DNA of 64,000 bases. Origin: an uncultured Victivallales bacterium. GTDB lineage: Bacteria > Verrucomicrobiota > Kiritimatiellia > UBA8416 > JABMPJ01. The translations under genes and the position numbers were made by a program. The DNA lies in contig CAYFPQ010000002.1 in the NCBI GenBank assembly GCA_964345005.1, positions 48,219 to 112,218 on the forward strand, in the 5' to 3' direction. The notes under the pieces were generated by a model that saw only the letters and a list, made by a program, of their open reading frames with translations, ran no database searches and had not been told where the DNA came from. Shown here in pieces: positions 28,394-38,129 of this stretch (position 1 is the stretch's first letter; each line of letters starts with the position of its first letter).

Positions 28394-29458
28394 GTGCTCT
28401 GCCGGAGAATGTGTGTCAGCCGGCCGGTCCGGCTGTTGAAATCTACGCTTGTTCAGGTTCCTTCTGTTATCGGCGTTCTGCGCCCGGTCATTTTGTTGCC
28501 TGTCGGTGCGTTCACGGGATTGTCTCCCGATCAGATCGAAGCGATCCTGGCGCATGAACTGGCGCATATCAAGCGGTACGACTATCTGGTCAATATCGTC
28601 CAATCCGTCATCGAGATTCTCTTCTTCTACCATCCGGCCGTGTGGTGGGTGTCGCACAGGATTCGCGTCGAACGCGAGAACTGCTGTGACGACATTGCGG
28701 CATCTGTTTGCGGAGACCCGGAGACCTACGTCCGGACGTTGGTCGTCCTGGAGGAGGCCCGTTGCCCTGCGCCCGTTCTGTCTGTTGCTGCGAATGGCGG
28801 AAGTCTCGTCTTGCGCGTCCAGAGATTGGTCTCAGAGGAACGCAAGGGACATGGAGGAAGCGGCTGGGAGTCGGTCGTCACCATCCTTGTTGTTATGCTT
28901 GGCGCGGTATTGTTGTCGACGTATACACGGGCAACACCCGCAGATACGCTCGGGCAGGCGTCGCGGTTTATTTATGAGGATCCATCTCAACTCGCAATCG
29001 ACAATCGTGCCTATTTCGATTTTGCAGACCGGGTCTTCTGCGATGTGCGCCTGGGAGATCGAATCGAAGACGTAATCGAAACATATGGAAAGAGCGCATT
29101 CCCGACCTATGCGAACGAGGTGGTTGCAGAACGGCCCTACACGGGTTCATATCGGGACAGGTACGATTATCGGTATCGAACGGGTGACACCGTAATCCAT
29201 ACCATTGACGGGAAAGTGGTCAACCTGTTCTCAAAGTCGACGCATATCCAAACAGATAAAGGTTTGAAGCGGGGAGATACCCGAGAACGATTAGTTGAGC
29301 TATATGGCCCTCCTGAGTCCACGTTCAATGGTGGCAGGGCTCTCAACTACTTCTTCGATGATATTCGTGCAGTCGTGTTTTTAACGTCGGCAGATACCGT
29401 GAGTCATCTAGAAGTCCTGAACGCCATAGAACCTCCAAGGACGCGTGTGGTTCCCTGA
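28394..29458 (+). CDS. BlaR1-type M56 metallopeptidase domain protein, N-terminally truncated, C-terminal domain of unknown type
   Basis: HELAHIKRYDYLVN...FFYHPAVWW is the M56 HExxH region; the usual N-terminal multi-TM region is absent because only 75 nt separate it from the upstream gene; no BlaI/MecI-type repressor nearby. Confidence 0.6.
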   Translation: MLCRRMCVSRPVRLLKSTLVQVPSVIGVLRPVILLPVGAFTGLSPDQIEAILAHELAHIKRYDYLVNIVQSVIEILFFYHPAVWWVSHRIRVERENCCDDIAASVCGDPETYVRTLVVLEEARCPAPVLSVAANGGSLVLRVQRLVSEERKGHGGSGWESVVTILVVMLGAVLLSTYTRATPADTLGQASRFIYEDPSQLAIDNRAYFDFADRVFCDVRLGDRIEDVIETYGKSAFPTYANEVVAERPYTGSYRDRYDYRYRTGDTVIHTIDGKVVNLFSKSTHIQTDKGLKRGDTRERLVELYGPPESTFNGGRALNYFFDDIRAVVFLTSADTVSHLEVLNAIEPPRTRVVP

Positions 29459-29617
29459 TCCAGTGCTCATATCCGTGTCATCTGGCCAGACGTGCAGGCG
29501 TATCGGTCTCTACTGCTCGGCCACGCACGATGCCGAGTTCGACAATCTGCGGGTCTATCGGGAGCCGTGATGGATGTGTGATGTACGAGTTCTCCCGGGG
29601 CGGGAGAGGGCGCGGGA

Positions 29618-30013
29618 TTACCAGATTGTGTTGACGTATGGATAGGCGCGGATGAGCCTGTCGGAGGTTACGAGGGCGGCGCCGTAGCGGCGGCACATGG
29701 CAACGATCATTCTGTCGGCAGGGTCTCTGTGGAAATCCCCAGGCAGCCGGGTACAGGCGATAGCGTCTTGCGCTGACAGCGCCTCCACCATTAGGTTTGG
29801 ATACGAGCTGGCCTGGCGAAACCACTCGTCAATATCCATGCACAGTTCAAGCTTGCCTATCTCGCTCTTGAGCGCTACCTCCCATACGGAGATGACCGAC
29901 ACCCGGATGCCATCCGTGTCTTGAGCCTTCTGAATGGCGCGTGCCGCAGGTTGCGAGAGCCTGTCCGGATCATGAGCCCACCAGAGCCAAGCTTGCGTAT
30001 CGAGAACCACCAT
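29618..30013 (-). CDS. PIN-domain toxin (VapC-like)
   Basis: MVVLDTQAWLWW..., PIN acidic residues (DT, E, D...SD); 131 aa; directly downstream of a Phd/YefM antitoxin gene. Confidence 0.8.
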   Translation of the reverse strand: MVVLDTQAWLWWAHDPDRLSQPAARAIQKAQDTDGIRVSVISVWEVALKSEIGKLELCMDIDEWFRQASSYPNLMVEALSAQDAIACTRLPGDFHRDPADRMIVAMCRRYGAALVTSDRLIRAYPYVNTIW

Positions 30014-30017
30014 CGTC

Positions 30018-30320
30018 TCAGCCCTTCTTCGTGTTGTTGGACGCAGAGCGCTTGCCTGTTGAGTATTGGGATTGTGTTTCGGCCACGGCTGGCAAGGCGC
30101 TCCACAGCTCGGGCATGGGCTCGTCGAAATCGTCGGCTACGGAAATCGTATGACCACGTAACGGATAGGCTGGCTTCTCGGAGGCATGTACGTCCAAAGG
30201 CACAATGGCAACCATCGGTGCTCCATATCGCGTAACGACCAATTCTTCATGGGTCTTGGCAATCTCCTCAACAAGCGCCGGGAGGTGGCTGCGCACTTCC
30301 GATATGTTCATCGTTTTCAT
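30018..30320 (-). CDS. Phd/YefM-family antitoxin
   Basis: MKTMNISEVRSHLPALVEEIAKTHEELVVTRYGAPMVAIVPL is the classic Phd/YefM N-terminus; start MKTMN (ORF extends to 30359). Confidence 0.75.
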   Translation of the reverse strand: MKTMNISEVRSHLPALVEEIAKTHEELVVTRYGAPMVAIVPLDVHASEKPAYPLRGHTISVADDFDEPMPELWSALPAVAETQSQYSTGKRSASNNTKKG

Positions 30321-30488
30321 TGTGGGTTGCCTCCAGGTTGTACAACAAATGTTGCACAACTACGCGAGGAGGTCAAGAATGCCGTTTCCCACTATTCCTT
30401 ATGTCCACTGCTGTCTGCCTACAGGTGCAGAACATCGTGAGCGGTTGGCGTTTGCAGCCACACGTGGCATGTGCTACAGGTTGCTCAA

Positions 30489-31292
30489 ATGAAGACAAGC
30501 TTGATCGTTAATGTTTACAACCGCGCGGCCTGGCTCAAGGTGTGCCTGGGGGCGGTGTTGCATCAGACGGTGCGTCCGGACGAGGTGATCGTGGCGGATG
30601 ATGGGTCTAGCGACGAGGAGGCCGGGGCGATCAAGGCGTTTCTTGAAGCCTATCCCATTCCTCACGATTACGTATGGCAGGCGGATCGCGGATTTCGCGC
30701 CGCTGCGGCGCGAAACATGGGCATCCGGCATGCAACGGGTGAGTACCTGCTCTTCCTCGACTGCGATATGGTGCTGATGCCGGATGCATGGGCCTATCAT
30801 CTCGAGCATTCCCGTCCGGGGTTGTTTCTCCTGGGACAAGCGGCGCAGCTGGACGAGCAATCGACTCGCCCGCTGTTGGAAGCACCGCTTCTTTCGACGT
30901 CGGACACTGATGCCCTGTGGCAGCAGGCGGATCGTTCCCACATCAGAGTTGCCGAGACACGGTTCAGGCGAAGTCGTTGCCTGCGCCGACTGCATCTGAC
31001 CAAGCGCCACAAACCGCAGCTTATCAGCAATCACTTCTCGATTTTCCGGTCGGACATCGAACGCGTCAACGGGTTCGACGAGACGTTCGAAGGGTGGGGG
31101 CTCGAGGACGATGACCTGGGGTTGCGTCTCTACCAGGCCGGGATGAACGTGGACTCCGTCTTCCGCCATGCCCGCGCGGTACACCTCTGGCACGACACGC
31201 ACAAACCGGATGCCGACTCATGGGTCAGCGAAAACCGGGAATACTTTGAGCGCAAGCACGTCCCGACGTTTTGCGAAAAGGGGCTTCGGTAG
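30489..31292 (+). CDS. family-2 glycosyltransferase
   Basis: SLIVNVYNRAAWLKVCLGAVLHQT...EVIVADDGSSDE and DCD motif (FLDCDMVL); start at MKTSLIV. Confidence 0.8.
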   Translation: MKTSLIVNVYNRAAWLKVCLGAVLHQTVRPDEVIVADDGSSDEEAGAIKAFLEAYPIPHDYVWQADRGFRAAAARNMGIRHATGEYLLFLDCDMVLMPDAWAYHLEHSRPGLFLLGQAAQLDEQSTRPLLEAPLLSTSDTDALWQQADRSHIRVAETRFRRSRCLRRLHLTKRHKPQLISNHFSIFRSDIERVNGFDETFEGWGLEDDDLGLRLYQAGMNVDSVFRHARAVHLWHDTHKPDADSWVSENREYFERKHVPTFCEKGLR

Positions 31293-31328
31293 AGGGAGAA
31301 TCAACATCAACAAGGAACATCCAACTGA

Positions 31329-31393
31329 CCAAGTGAGAGTGGAGTGAATGTATGGTCCGGAGGACTTTCCATTCATAGTCCTCTCACACTTGG
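31329..31393. terminator. compound hairpin between convergent glycosyltransferase genes
   Basis: ccaagtgagag ... ctctcacacttgg outer arms with inner gaggact/agtcctc pairing. Confidence 0.5.
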
Positions 31394-31414
31394 ATGTTGG
31401 GAGTTCCTTGTTGA

Positions 31415-32323
31415 TTATTGGATATTCAAGAAGACGCTTTTCCGCCACCAGCGGATGCACTTCCACTTGGCACCGTGTAGCGGCCAGGCTTGGCGGATGC
31501 GTGTCCGGGCGGCGGCGCGATCCCCGGCGGCGAGTGTGTGCTTGGCGATCTCCAGCAGATGTTTGGCCATGAAGCGCTCCACCGATTCTCGGCGTGTGTA
31601 AGGAAGGTCGTCTGCCTCGAGTGCGCCTTGCAGAGTCTTGAGCAGCGCCGTGTCTCTGCCGCTGAACGAGAGATTACGTACGGTGCGGTTTGCTGCGCCG
31701 GTATGGTAGATGGCCTCGACGCGGGGGTGGTAGGCCACGGGATAGCGGAGGGCGATGCGTGTCCACATATCCCAATCCTCTGCCAGTGCTTCGCCGACAG
31801 GAAAGAGCCCCACTTCGTCGAAGACTTTCCGTCGACAGAGCGTGTTGCTGGAGTTAACAGGAGGGTAGCGGGTCATACTGACGAAGAAATCGTCGATCAA
31901 ACCGCCCTCCGGACCGGTTGGAAGTCCCTCGTAACGCTGTGGCACAACGCGGTCATGGCCCTCAACGATATCGCACCCTGTTGCGAAGATGGCGGCCGAC
32001 GGGTAACGCTCGGTCAGTTGCGTAACGGCATCGATGAAGCCGGGCTTCCATTCGTCATCGGCATCGAGGAAGGCCACCATGTCACCTGCGGCTTCGGTAA
32101 TGCCGCGGTTGCGTGCCGCTGATGCGCCCTGGTTGGTCTGCTGGATCAGCCGGATTCGTTCATCGTCCAAGGCTGCGACCTTCTCGGCACTGGCATCTGT
32201 GCAGCCGTCATCTACAACCAGAATCTCGAGTGGCGACAACGACTGTGCGACGACGCTCCGCAGGCAGCGCTCGATCTCGTTCTCTTTGTTATAGAGAGGA
32301 ATAACGACGGATATTCTATGCAT
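31415..32323 (-). CDS. family-2 glycosyltransferase
   Basis: ISVVIPLYNKENEIERCLRSVVAQS...EILVVDDGCTD and DADDEW motif. Confidence 0.85.
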   Translation of the reverse strand: MHRISVVIPLYNKENEIERCLRSVVAQSLSPLEILVVDDGCTDASAEKVAALDDERIRLIQQTNQGASAARNRGITEAAGDMVAFLDADDEWKPGFIDAVTQLTERYPSAAIFATGCDIVEGHDRVVPQRYEGLPTGPEGGLIDDFFVSMTRYPPVNSSNTLCRRKVFDEVGLFPVGEALAEDWDMWTRIALRYPVAYHPRVEAIYHTGAANRTVRNLSFSGRDTALLKTLQGALEADDLPYTRRESVERFMAKHLLEIAKHTLAAGDRAAARTRIRQAWPLHGAKWKCIRWWRKSVFLNIQ

Positions 32324-32414
32324 AGCGGTCCGCGATTTGTTGTGGCAGTGAGCATGGCCTGTGGGCCCTGCTAAGTCAAGAAACGGGGGGAGTGTCGGGG
32401 AGTGTAGATGAAGT

Positions 32415-32503
32415 CCGGTCCGCTCGGAGATCGGACCCTACCTCGCACACGACATTGCTCCGCCCAAAAAAGGTCAGGTAGGGCCCGCTCTCCGAGCGGG
32501 CCG
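32415..32503. repeat. REP-like palindromic element (copy C), two inverted units
   Basis: ccggtccgctcggagatcggaccctacctc (32415-32444) and inverted caggtagggcccgctctccgagcgggccg (32475-32503). Confidence 0.65.
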
Positions 32504-32553
32504 CTGACCGTGCGGTTGCAGGGAATGGGATCACGGCGTATAGTGCCGGGACT

Positions 32554-32874
32554 ATGAAGCGACTCGTGATCTTCGTTGCTGTGGCTCTGATGCTTGGTTC
32601 TCAGGGGTGCAGTACGACCGGAGGGGGTCGCTCGACGCTGCAGGTGTCGCTGTTGCATGATGGCAAAGTGTCCGTCGATGGACGTGTTGCTGCGATGCAT
32701 CAGTTGCCCGGTGCGGTCAAATCGGCTGGCGCCGGTCGCGCGACATCGATCACGGTCGCCGTTACGGAAGGGACTTCACAGGCCGAAATGATGAAGATCA
32801 CAACGACATTGCGCAACGCTGGCTATGCTCGAGTTCTCTTCACACGTCCGCGTCGGACAGGCATAGATCTCTGA
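32554..32874 (+). CDS. small lipoprotein, hypothetical
   Basis: signal peptide with lipobox LGSQGCS; 106 aa. Confidence 0.5.
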   Translation: MKRLVIFVAVALMLGSQGCSTTGGGRSTLQVSLLHDGKVSVDGRVAAMHQLPGAVKSAGAGRATSITVAVTEGTSQAEMMKITTTLRNAGYARVLFTRPRRTGIDL

Positions 32875-35800
32875 CTAACCCACAAACGCGCGCGCGTTTT
32901 GGAAGAGCTTCAGCCATGGACCCGCTTCTCCCTCGAACATCCCCGCCGGGCGGTAGGGCATCTGGATTGAACGAAAGACACGCTCGGGGTGCGGCATCAT
33001 GATCGTGACCCGCCCGTCTTCGGTCGTCAGACCAGTCAGACCGCCAGGTGAACCGTTCGGGTTGAGCGGATAGATCTCGGTTGGCTCGCCGCGGCCACTC
33101 ACGTAACGCAGTGCTGCGAGACCCAACGAGGTGACGCCGGTCAACGATCCGGTATCCTCGAAGTTGGCCAGGCCCTCCCCATGCGCAACATGGATGCCCA
33201 GACGCGAGCCGGCCATTCCCTTGAGAAGGACAGACGGAGACTCCATTACCTCGACCGTGATGAAACGGGCCTCGAACTGTTCCGAGATGTTCCGTGTGAA
33301 GGCGGGCCAGTGATCGGCGCCGGGGATGATCTCCTTGAGTTGGGAGAGCATCTGACAACCATTACATACGCCTAGCGCGAAGGTGTCGGGCCGCGCGAAG
33401 AAAGCGGCAAACATGTCCTTCAACTCCTCGTTGAACAGAATCGACTTCGCCCAGCCGGAGCCGGCTCCGAGTACGTCGCCGTAGGAGAAACCACCACAAG
33501 CCACGAGTCCGGCGAAGTCCTTTAGGTCCACCAGTCCGTTGTGCAGATCGGTCATATGAACATCGACACACTCGAAACCGGCGCGGTCAAACGCACCGGC
33601 CATCTCGATGTGGCCATTGATTCCCTGCTCACGCAGGATGGCCATGTGCGGACGATTCTCGAGCACGGCCGGTGCGGCGTCGGGGTCGAACGCGAGCTCC
33701 ATTGTCATGCCGGGATCCTCCTCGTCGAGAAGGAGGTCATGCTCCTGCCGCGCACAGTCCGGATTGTCGCGATGCGCCTGCATGCGCATGGTCAATTCGG
33801 ACCAGGTACGATTCAGCGAGACGATGGGTTCGCTGAAGAGGATCTCGTGGTCTCGGGCGATTTCCAGTGTCTGGACATCTTCCTCGGTCTGCACGTGACC
33901 GATACACGTGACGATGTCTGCAAGCCCATGCTTTTCAAGAACGGCGCTAACGGTTTCGAGCTGATCGTCTGCCACCTGTAGGACAGCACCGAGTTCCTCG
34001 TTGAAGAGAACGGGCAACGGGTCCCCGGCAAGGCCGTCGAGATCGATGGTCAGCCCGCAGCGTCCGCCAAATGCCATCTCGGCCACGGAGGCAAAGAGAC
34101 CACCATCGGAGCGGTCGTGATAGGCGAGGAGCAGGCTATTCGCGATCAGTTCCTGGATCGCCGTGAAGAAGTTGACCAGTAACGCGGGACTATCGGCATC
34201 GGGGGTGGAGTCGCCAACCTGGTTATAGACCTGGGCCAGGACCGAACCACCCAGGCGGTTTTGCCCCTCACCGAGGTCTACCAGAAGCAGGGCGGAAGCC
34301 TGCGGCTTGAGATCCGGGGTCATCGTTTTGCGCGCATCGTGCACGGGTGCAAATGCGCTGACCACCAAACTCAAGGGGGCGGTCTGTCGATGGGCGGCGC
34401 CTTCGCTGTCGTCCCAGACCGTACGCATGGAGAGTGAGTCCTTGCCGACGGGAATCGACACGCCCAGCTCCGGACAAAACTCCATCCCGACGGTCTTAAC
34501 GGTATCGTAGAGCCCGGCATCCTCGCCCGGCTCGCCGCAGGCGCACATCCAGTTGGCGGAGAGACGGATCTTCTTGATCGACTCGATCGGTGCCGCCGCG
34601 ATGTTGGTGATCGCTTCGCCAATGGCCATGCGTCCGGAGGCCGGGGCCGAGATCAGCGCCAGCGGCGTACGTTCGCCCATGGCCATTGCCTCACCCGTGG
34701 TGGCGTGCAGCGAGGTCGTAGTGACGGCAACGTCCGCAATGGGCGTCTGGTAGGGACCGGTCATCTGCTCACGAGCGACCATGCCGGTAATGCTGCGATC
34801 GGTGATTGTGATCAGGAAGGTCTTGCGCGCAACGGCGGGAAACTGGAGGACACGCTTGGCGGCTTCGGCGAGGGTCATCTCCGTCAAGTCGAGCGCGGGA
34901 GGTGTCTCGGGTTGATGCGTAACATCGCGTAGCATGCGCGGGGGCTTACCGAGAATAACGTCGATGTCGATGTCGATCGGCTTGTTGTCGAAATGAGCAT
35001 CTTCCAGCACCAGGCGATGGTCGTCCCCTACAACGCCGAGTATGGCGACGGGACAGCGCTCGCGTTCACAGAGGGCGAGGAATCGGTCGACATCAGCTTC
35101 GTCCACGGCCAGCACGTAGCGCTCCTGGGCCTCGCAGCACCAGATCTCCATCGGCGACATGGAGAGGTCTTCGTTGTGGATATTGCGGAGCTGGAAATGC
35201 CCGCCTGTATCGGCAACCAGCTCAGGGCATCCGTTCGAGAGGCCACCGGCGCCGATGTCGTGGATGCTCAGGATAGGATTGTTCTCGCCCAGTGCGATGC
35301 AAGTATCGATTACGCCCTGGCAGCGGCGCTCCATCTCGGCGTTGTCACGTTGGACGGAGTCGAAATCCAGTTCCGCCGCATTACTGCCCGTCGCCATTGA
35401 GGAGGCCGCACCACCGCCAAGACCGATCCGCATGGCCGGTCCGCCGATCTGGATGATGCGGGCGTTCAGGGGGATGTGTTTCTTGTGGGCGTGCTCACGC
35501 TTGATGTTGCCCATGCCACCGGCGAGCATGATCGGTTTATGGTAGCCGCGGTAGCGGTCGAGACATTCCGTTTCGAACGTGCGGAACATGCCCAGAAGTT
35601 GAGGACGGCCGAACTCGTTACCGAAATGGGCACCCCCGATGGGGCCTTCGGTCATGATGTCGAGAGGGGTGGCTAAGCGGCCGGGAAACTCGGCAAAGTC
35701 GCGTTCCCAAGGCATGTCGAAGTCTGGCACGCGAAGATGGGAAACAAAGAAGCCCGCCAGGCCCGCCTTGGTGCGCCCGCCGATACCCGTGGCGGCCTCG

Positions 35801-36762
35801 TCGCGGATCTCGCCTCCGACACCGGTTGAGGCGCCGGGGTAGGGACAGATGGCGGTGGGGTGGTTGTGCGTCTCCACCTTGAGCAGGATATCCATCTGGC
35901 ACGGCGTGTAGCCGTACTGGTTGCCGGTGTCGGGATGGACCTCGAACCATTCGTCCTGGAATCCCTCGATCACGCCGGAGTTGTCGCTGTAGGCCACGAG
36001 TGTGCCTTCCGGATGCTTGGCGTGCGTGTTGCGGATCATGCTGAAGAGCGATTGCGGCTGTTCTTTGCCGTCGATGATCCAGTCGGCATTGAAGATCTTG
36101 TGGCGGCAGTGTTCCGAGTTGACCTGTCCGAACATGACCAACTCGACGTCGGTCGGGTTGCGCTTGATTTCGCTGTAGGCATCGCAGAGGTAATCGATCT
36201 CCTCGTCGCTCAGGGCAAGTCCCATCTCCACGTTAGCGCGGGCGAGCGCATCGCGGCCTTCGCCCATGAGGTCGATCGACTTCATAGGGGTAGGCTGCAT
36301 GTGGGCGAAGGTGTCCGACATGTCGGTGTAAATGCCTTCGGTCATGCGGTCATGCAGCAGCGGGAGTACGGCCTCGCATTGGTCGAGCGGGATGACAGCG
36401 CTCTCTTTGTCGTACAGCGTGTAGAAGATAGCACGCTCGACGCGGCGCACATCGCTCATGCCGCAGTTGTGGAAGATGTCGGAAGCTTTTGACGACCAGG
36501 GCGAGATGGTTCCCTTTCGCGGAGAGACAAAGAATCCATCGGCGGCTTCAAACGGGCCGGTCGCATCGAGCAGCCCGTAGATCCGGTCGCGCTCGACCTC
36601 ATCGGTGATGGGGGCTTCGCAGTCGAGCAGGTAGACAAAATCGGCCCGAAACGCGGTGACATGCAACTTCGGAGCAACAGCATGAATGGCCTTGAGCGTG
36701 GCCGTGACACGAAATGCCGAGAACGCGGTTTTGCCCTGTAGAATCAATGGTGCAGCCATCAT
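32875..36762 (-). CDS. purL: phosphoribosylformylglycinamidine synthase, single-chain large PurL
   Basis: 1295 aa with N-terminal PurS-like, AIRS/AIRS_C repeats and C-terminal GATase1 domain (GVCNGCQML catalytic Cys). Confidence 0.93.
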   Translation of the reverse strand: MMAAPLILQGKTAFSAFRVTATLKAIHAVAPKLHVTAFRADFVYLLDCEAPITDEVERDRIYGLLDATGPFEAADGFFVSPRKGTISPWSSKASDIFHNCGMSDVRRVERAIFYTLYDKESAVIPLDQCEAVLPLLHDRMTEGIYTDMSDTFAHMQPTPMKSIDLMGEGRDALARANVEMGLALSDEEIDYLCDAYSEIKRNPTDVELVMFGQVNSEHCRHKIFNADWIIDGKEQPQSLFSMIRNTHAKHPEGTLVAYSDNSGVIEGFQDEWFEVHPDTGNQYGYTPCQMDILLKVETHNHPTAICPYPGASTGVGGEIRDEAATGIGGRTKAGLAGFFVSHLRVPDFDMPWERDFAEFPGRLATPLDIMTEGPIGGAHFGNEFGRPQLLGMFRTFETECLDRYRGYHKPIMLAGGMGNIKREHAHKKHIPLNARIIQIGGPAMRIGLGGGAASSMATGSNAAELDFDSVQRDNAEMERRCQGVIDTCIALGENNPILSIHDIGAGGLSNGCPELVADTGGHFQLRNIHNEDLSMSPMEIWCCEAQERYVLAVDEADVDRFLALCERERCPVAILGVVGDDHRLVLEDAHFDNKPIDIDIDVILGKPPRMLRDVTHQPETPPALDLTEMTLAEAAKRVLQFPAVARKTFLITITDRSITGMVAREQMTGPYQTPIADVAVTTTSLHATTGEAMAMGERTPLALISAPASGRMAIGEAITNIAAAPIESIKKIRLSANWMCACGEPGEDAGLYDTVKTVGMEFCPELGVSIPVGKDSLSMRTVWDDSEGAAHRQTAPLSLVVSAFAPVHDARKTMTPDLKPQASALLLVDLGEGQNRLGGSVLAQVYNQVGDSTPDADSPALLVNFFTAIQELIANSLLLAYHDRSDGGLFASVAEMAFGGRCGLTIDLDGLAGDPLPVLFNEELGAVLQVADDQLETVSAVLEKHGLADIVTCIGHVQTEEDVQTLEIARDHEILFSEPIVSLNRTWSELTMRMQAHRDNPDCARQEHDLLLDEEDPGMTMELAFDPDAAPAVLENRPHMAILREQGINGHIEMAGAFDRAGFECVDVHMTDLHNGLVDLKDFAGLVACGGFSYGDVLGAGSGWAKSILFNEELKDMFAAFFARPDTFALGVCNGCQMLSQLKEIIPGADHWPAFTRNISEQFEARFITVEVMESPSVLLKGMAGSRLGIHVAHGEGLANFEDTGSLTGVTSLGLAALRYVSGRGEPTEIYPLNPNGSPGGLTGLTTEDGRVTIMMPHPERVFRSIQMPYRPAGMFEGEAGPWLKLFQNARAFVG

Positions 36763-36949
36763 CTCTCCATGTTGAATCGACTAAGCGCCGAGTGTCGCAC
36801 CGCACTGGTGTAGTGTCAAGATTCGCGGGGGTGTCTTTTGTCTTCTATATTGTCAGACAATGTGTCATTATCAATGACAAATTAGATGTCATTCAATAAG
36901 ACAAAACAGTGACATATAGTACATAAAGCCTTTATTATAAAGGTGTTAT

Positions 36950-38098
36950 ATGAATACGGATCCCCACATATCTTTTATCAGACAGTGGTCCATATCATCT
37001 GACACAGAGCGTGCCATGGGCGAATGCAATGGCATGATTGAGATGTTGAAGTGGGTTCCGCTTGAGCCGGAGGTGCGTAGGAATCTGCTGCAGGTGGCGC
37101 TTATCAAGGGGGCAATGGCTACGACTGCCATAGAGGGAAACACGCTGAGCGAAGATGAGGTGCAGGGCATCTTGGAAGGCAGGCAAATAGCCGAGAGTCG
37201 CCACTACATGCAGATTGAGGTGGAGAACGTGATCCGGGCTCTCAATGAGCTTCTCGATGAGGTGGCTGTTCAGCAAAGGGCGGAACTGATCACACCTAGG
37301 CTGATACTCAGATTCCACAAGATGATAGGGCAGAACCTTGGCGAATACCTCGAAGCCATTCCCGGGCAGTTCCGTCGTAATAATGTGATCGTCGGCAGCT
37401 ACAGGGGACCTGAGTACAACGAAGTCGATGGTCTCATGCAGAGGCTGTGTGACTGGTTGCGCACAGAATTCCACTTCGGCGAGAAACAGACGCTGGCAGA
37501 AGCAGTCATTGAGGCGATCATCACGCACGTATACATCGCTTGGATACATCCATTTGGTGATGGAAATGGACGGACGGCGAGGCTGTTGGAGTTTTACCTC
37601 TTACTACGTGGAGGGATGCCGGATTTTGCCTCTCACATTCTGTCGAATTTCTACAACCAGACCAGAGCTGAGTACTACCGGCAACTGGATCAGGCTAGGA
37701 AGAACACGGACCTGACCGCATTCATCGAATACGCTGTGAGGGGACTCAAAGACGGCCTTCTTGATGTTGCCGAAACCGTGAGACAGCACTTGCTGGAGGT
37801 GTGCTGGAGAAACTACGTTTTCGAGGTATTCGATACACGTGGCGCTGGTGGGGCAGTGGATAAGCGAAGACGAACTCTCGTGCTGACAATGGATCTCATG
37901 ACAAAGTACTCATTCGGAGAGCTTGAAGATGTCAGTTCCGAGGTGGCGCGTCTTTACGCAAGAGTATCGGAACGCACCATATACAGAGATGTGGATGCGC
38001 TCCAAGAGCTGGAGCTCATTGTCCGTGATGAGGACGGGATACACATCAACACTGGTGTGCTCTACCATCATATGCCCAGATGGCGTGTTGGCTCATAG
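36950..38098 (+). CDS. Fic-family protein (probable AMPylase), class II with N-terminal inhibitory motif and C-terminal winged-helix
   Basis: Fic motif HPFGDGNGRTARLL; (S/T)xxxE(G/N) inhibitory motif TTAIEGN in the N-terminal helix; C-terminal SERTIYRDVDALQELELI wHTH-like; GC about 50%, lower than surroundings. Confidence 0.85.
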   Translation: MNTDPHISFIRQWSISSDTERAMGECNGMIEMLKWVPLEPEVRRNLLQVALIKGAMATTAIEGNTLSEDEVQGILEGRQIAESRHYMQIEVENVIRALNELLDEVAVQQRAELITPRLILRFHKMIGQNLGEYLEAIPGQFRRNNVIVGSYRGPEYNEVDGLMQRLCDWLRTEFHFGEKQTLAEAVIEAIITHVYIAWIHPFGDGNGRTARLLEFYLLLRGGMPDFASHILSNFYNQTRAEYYRQLDQARKNTDLTAFIEYAVRGLKDGLLDVAETVRQHLLEVCWRNYVFEVFDTRGAGGAVDKRRRTLVLTMDLMTKYSFGELEDVSSEVARLYARVSERTIYRDVDALQELELIVRDEDGIHINTGVLYHHMPRWRVGS

Positions 38099-38129
38099 AT
38101 TGGAATGCCCCCACAGGAAACGCGACGTA

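Noticed and set aside
20415-30359. Searched island borders for integrase, transposase, tRNA or direct repeats
   Set aside because: None seen; boundaries are inferred only from GC drop and gene content, so 'island' is a working label rather than a demonstrated mobile element
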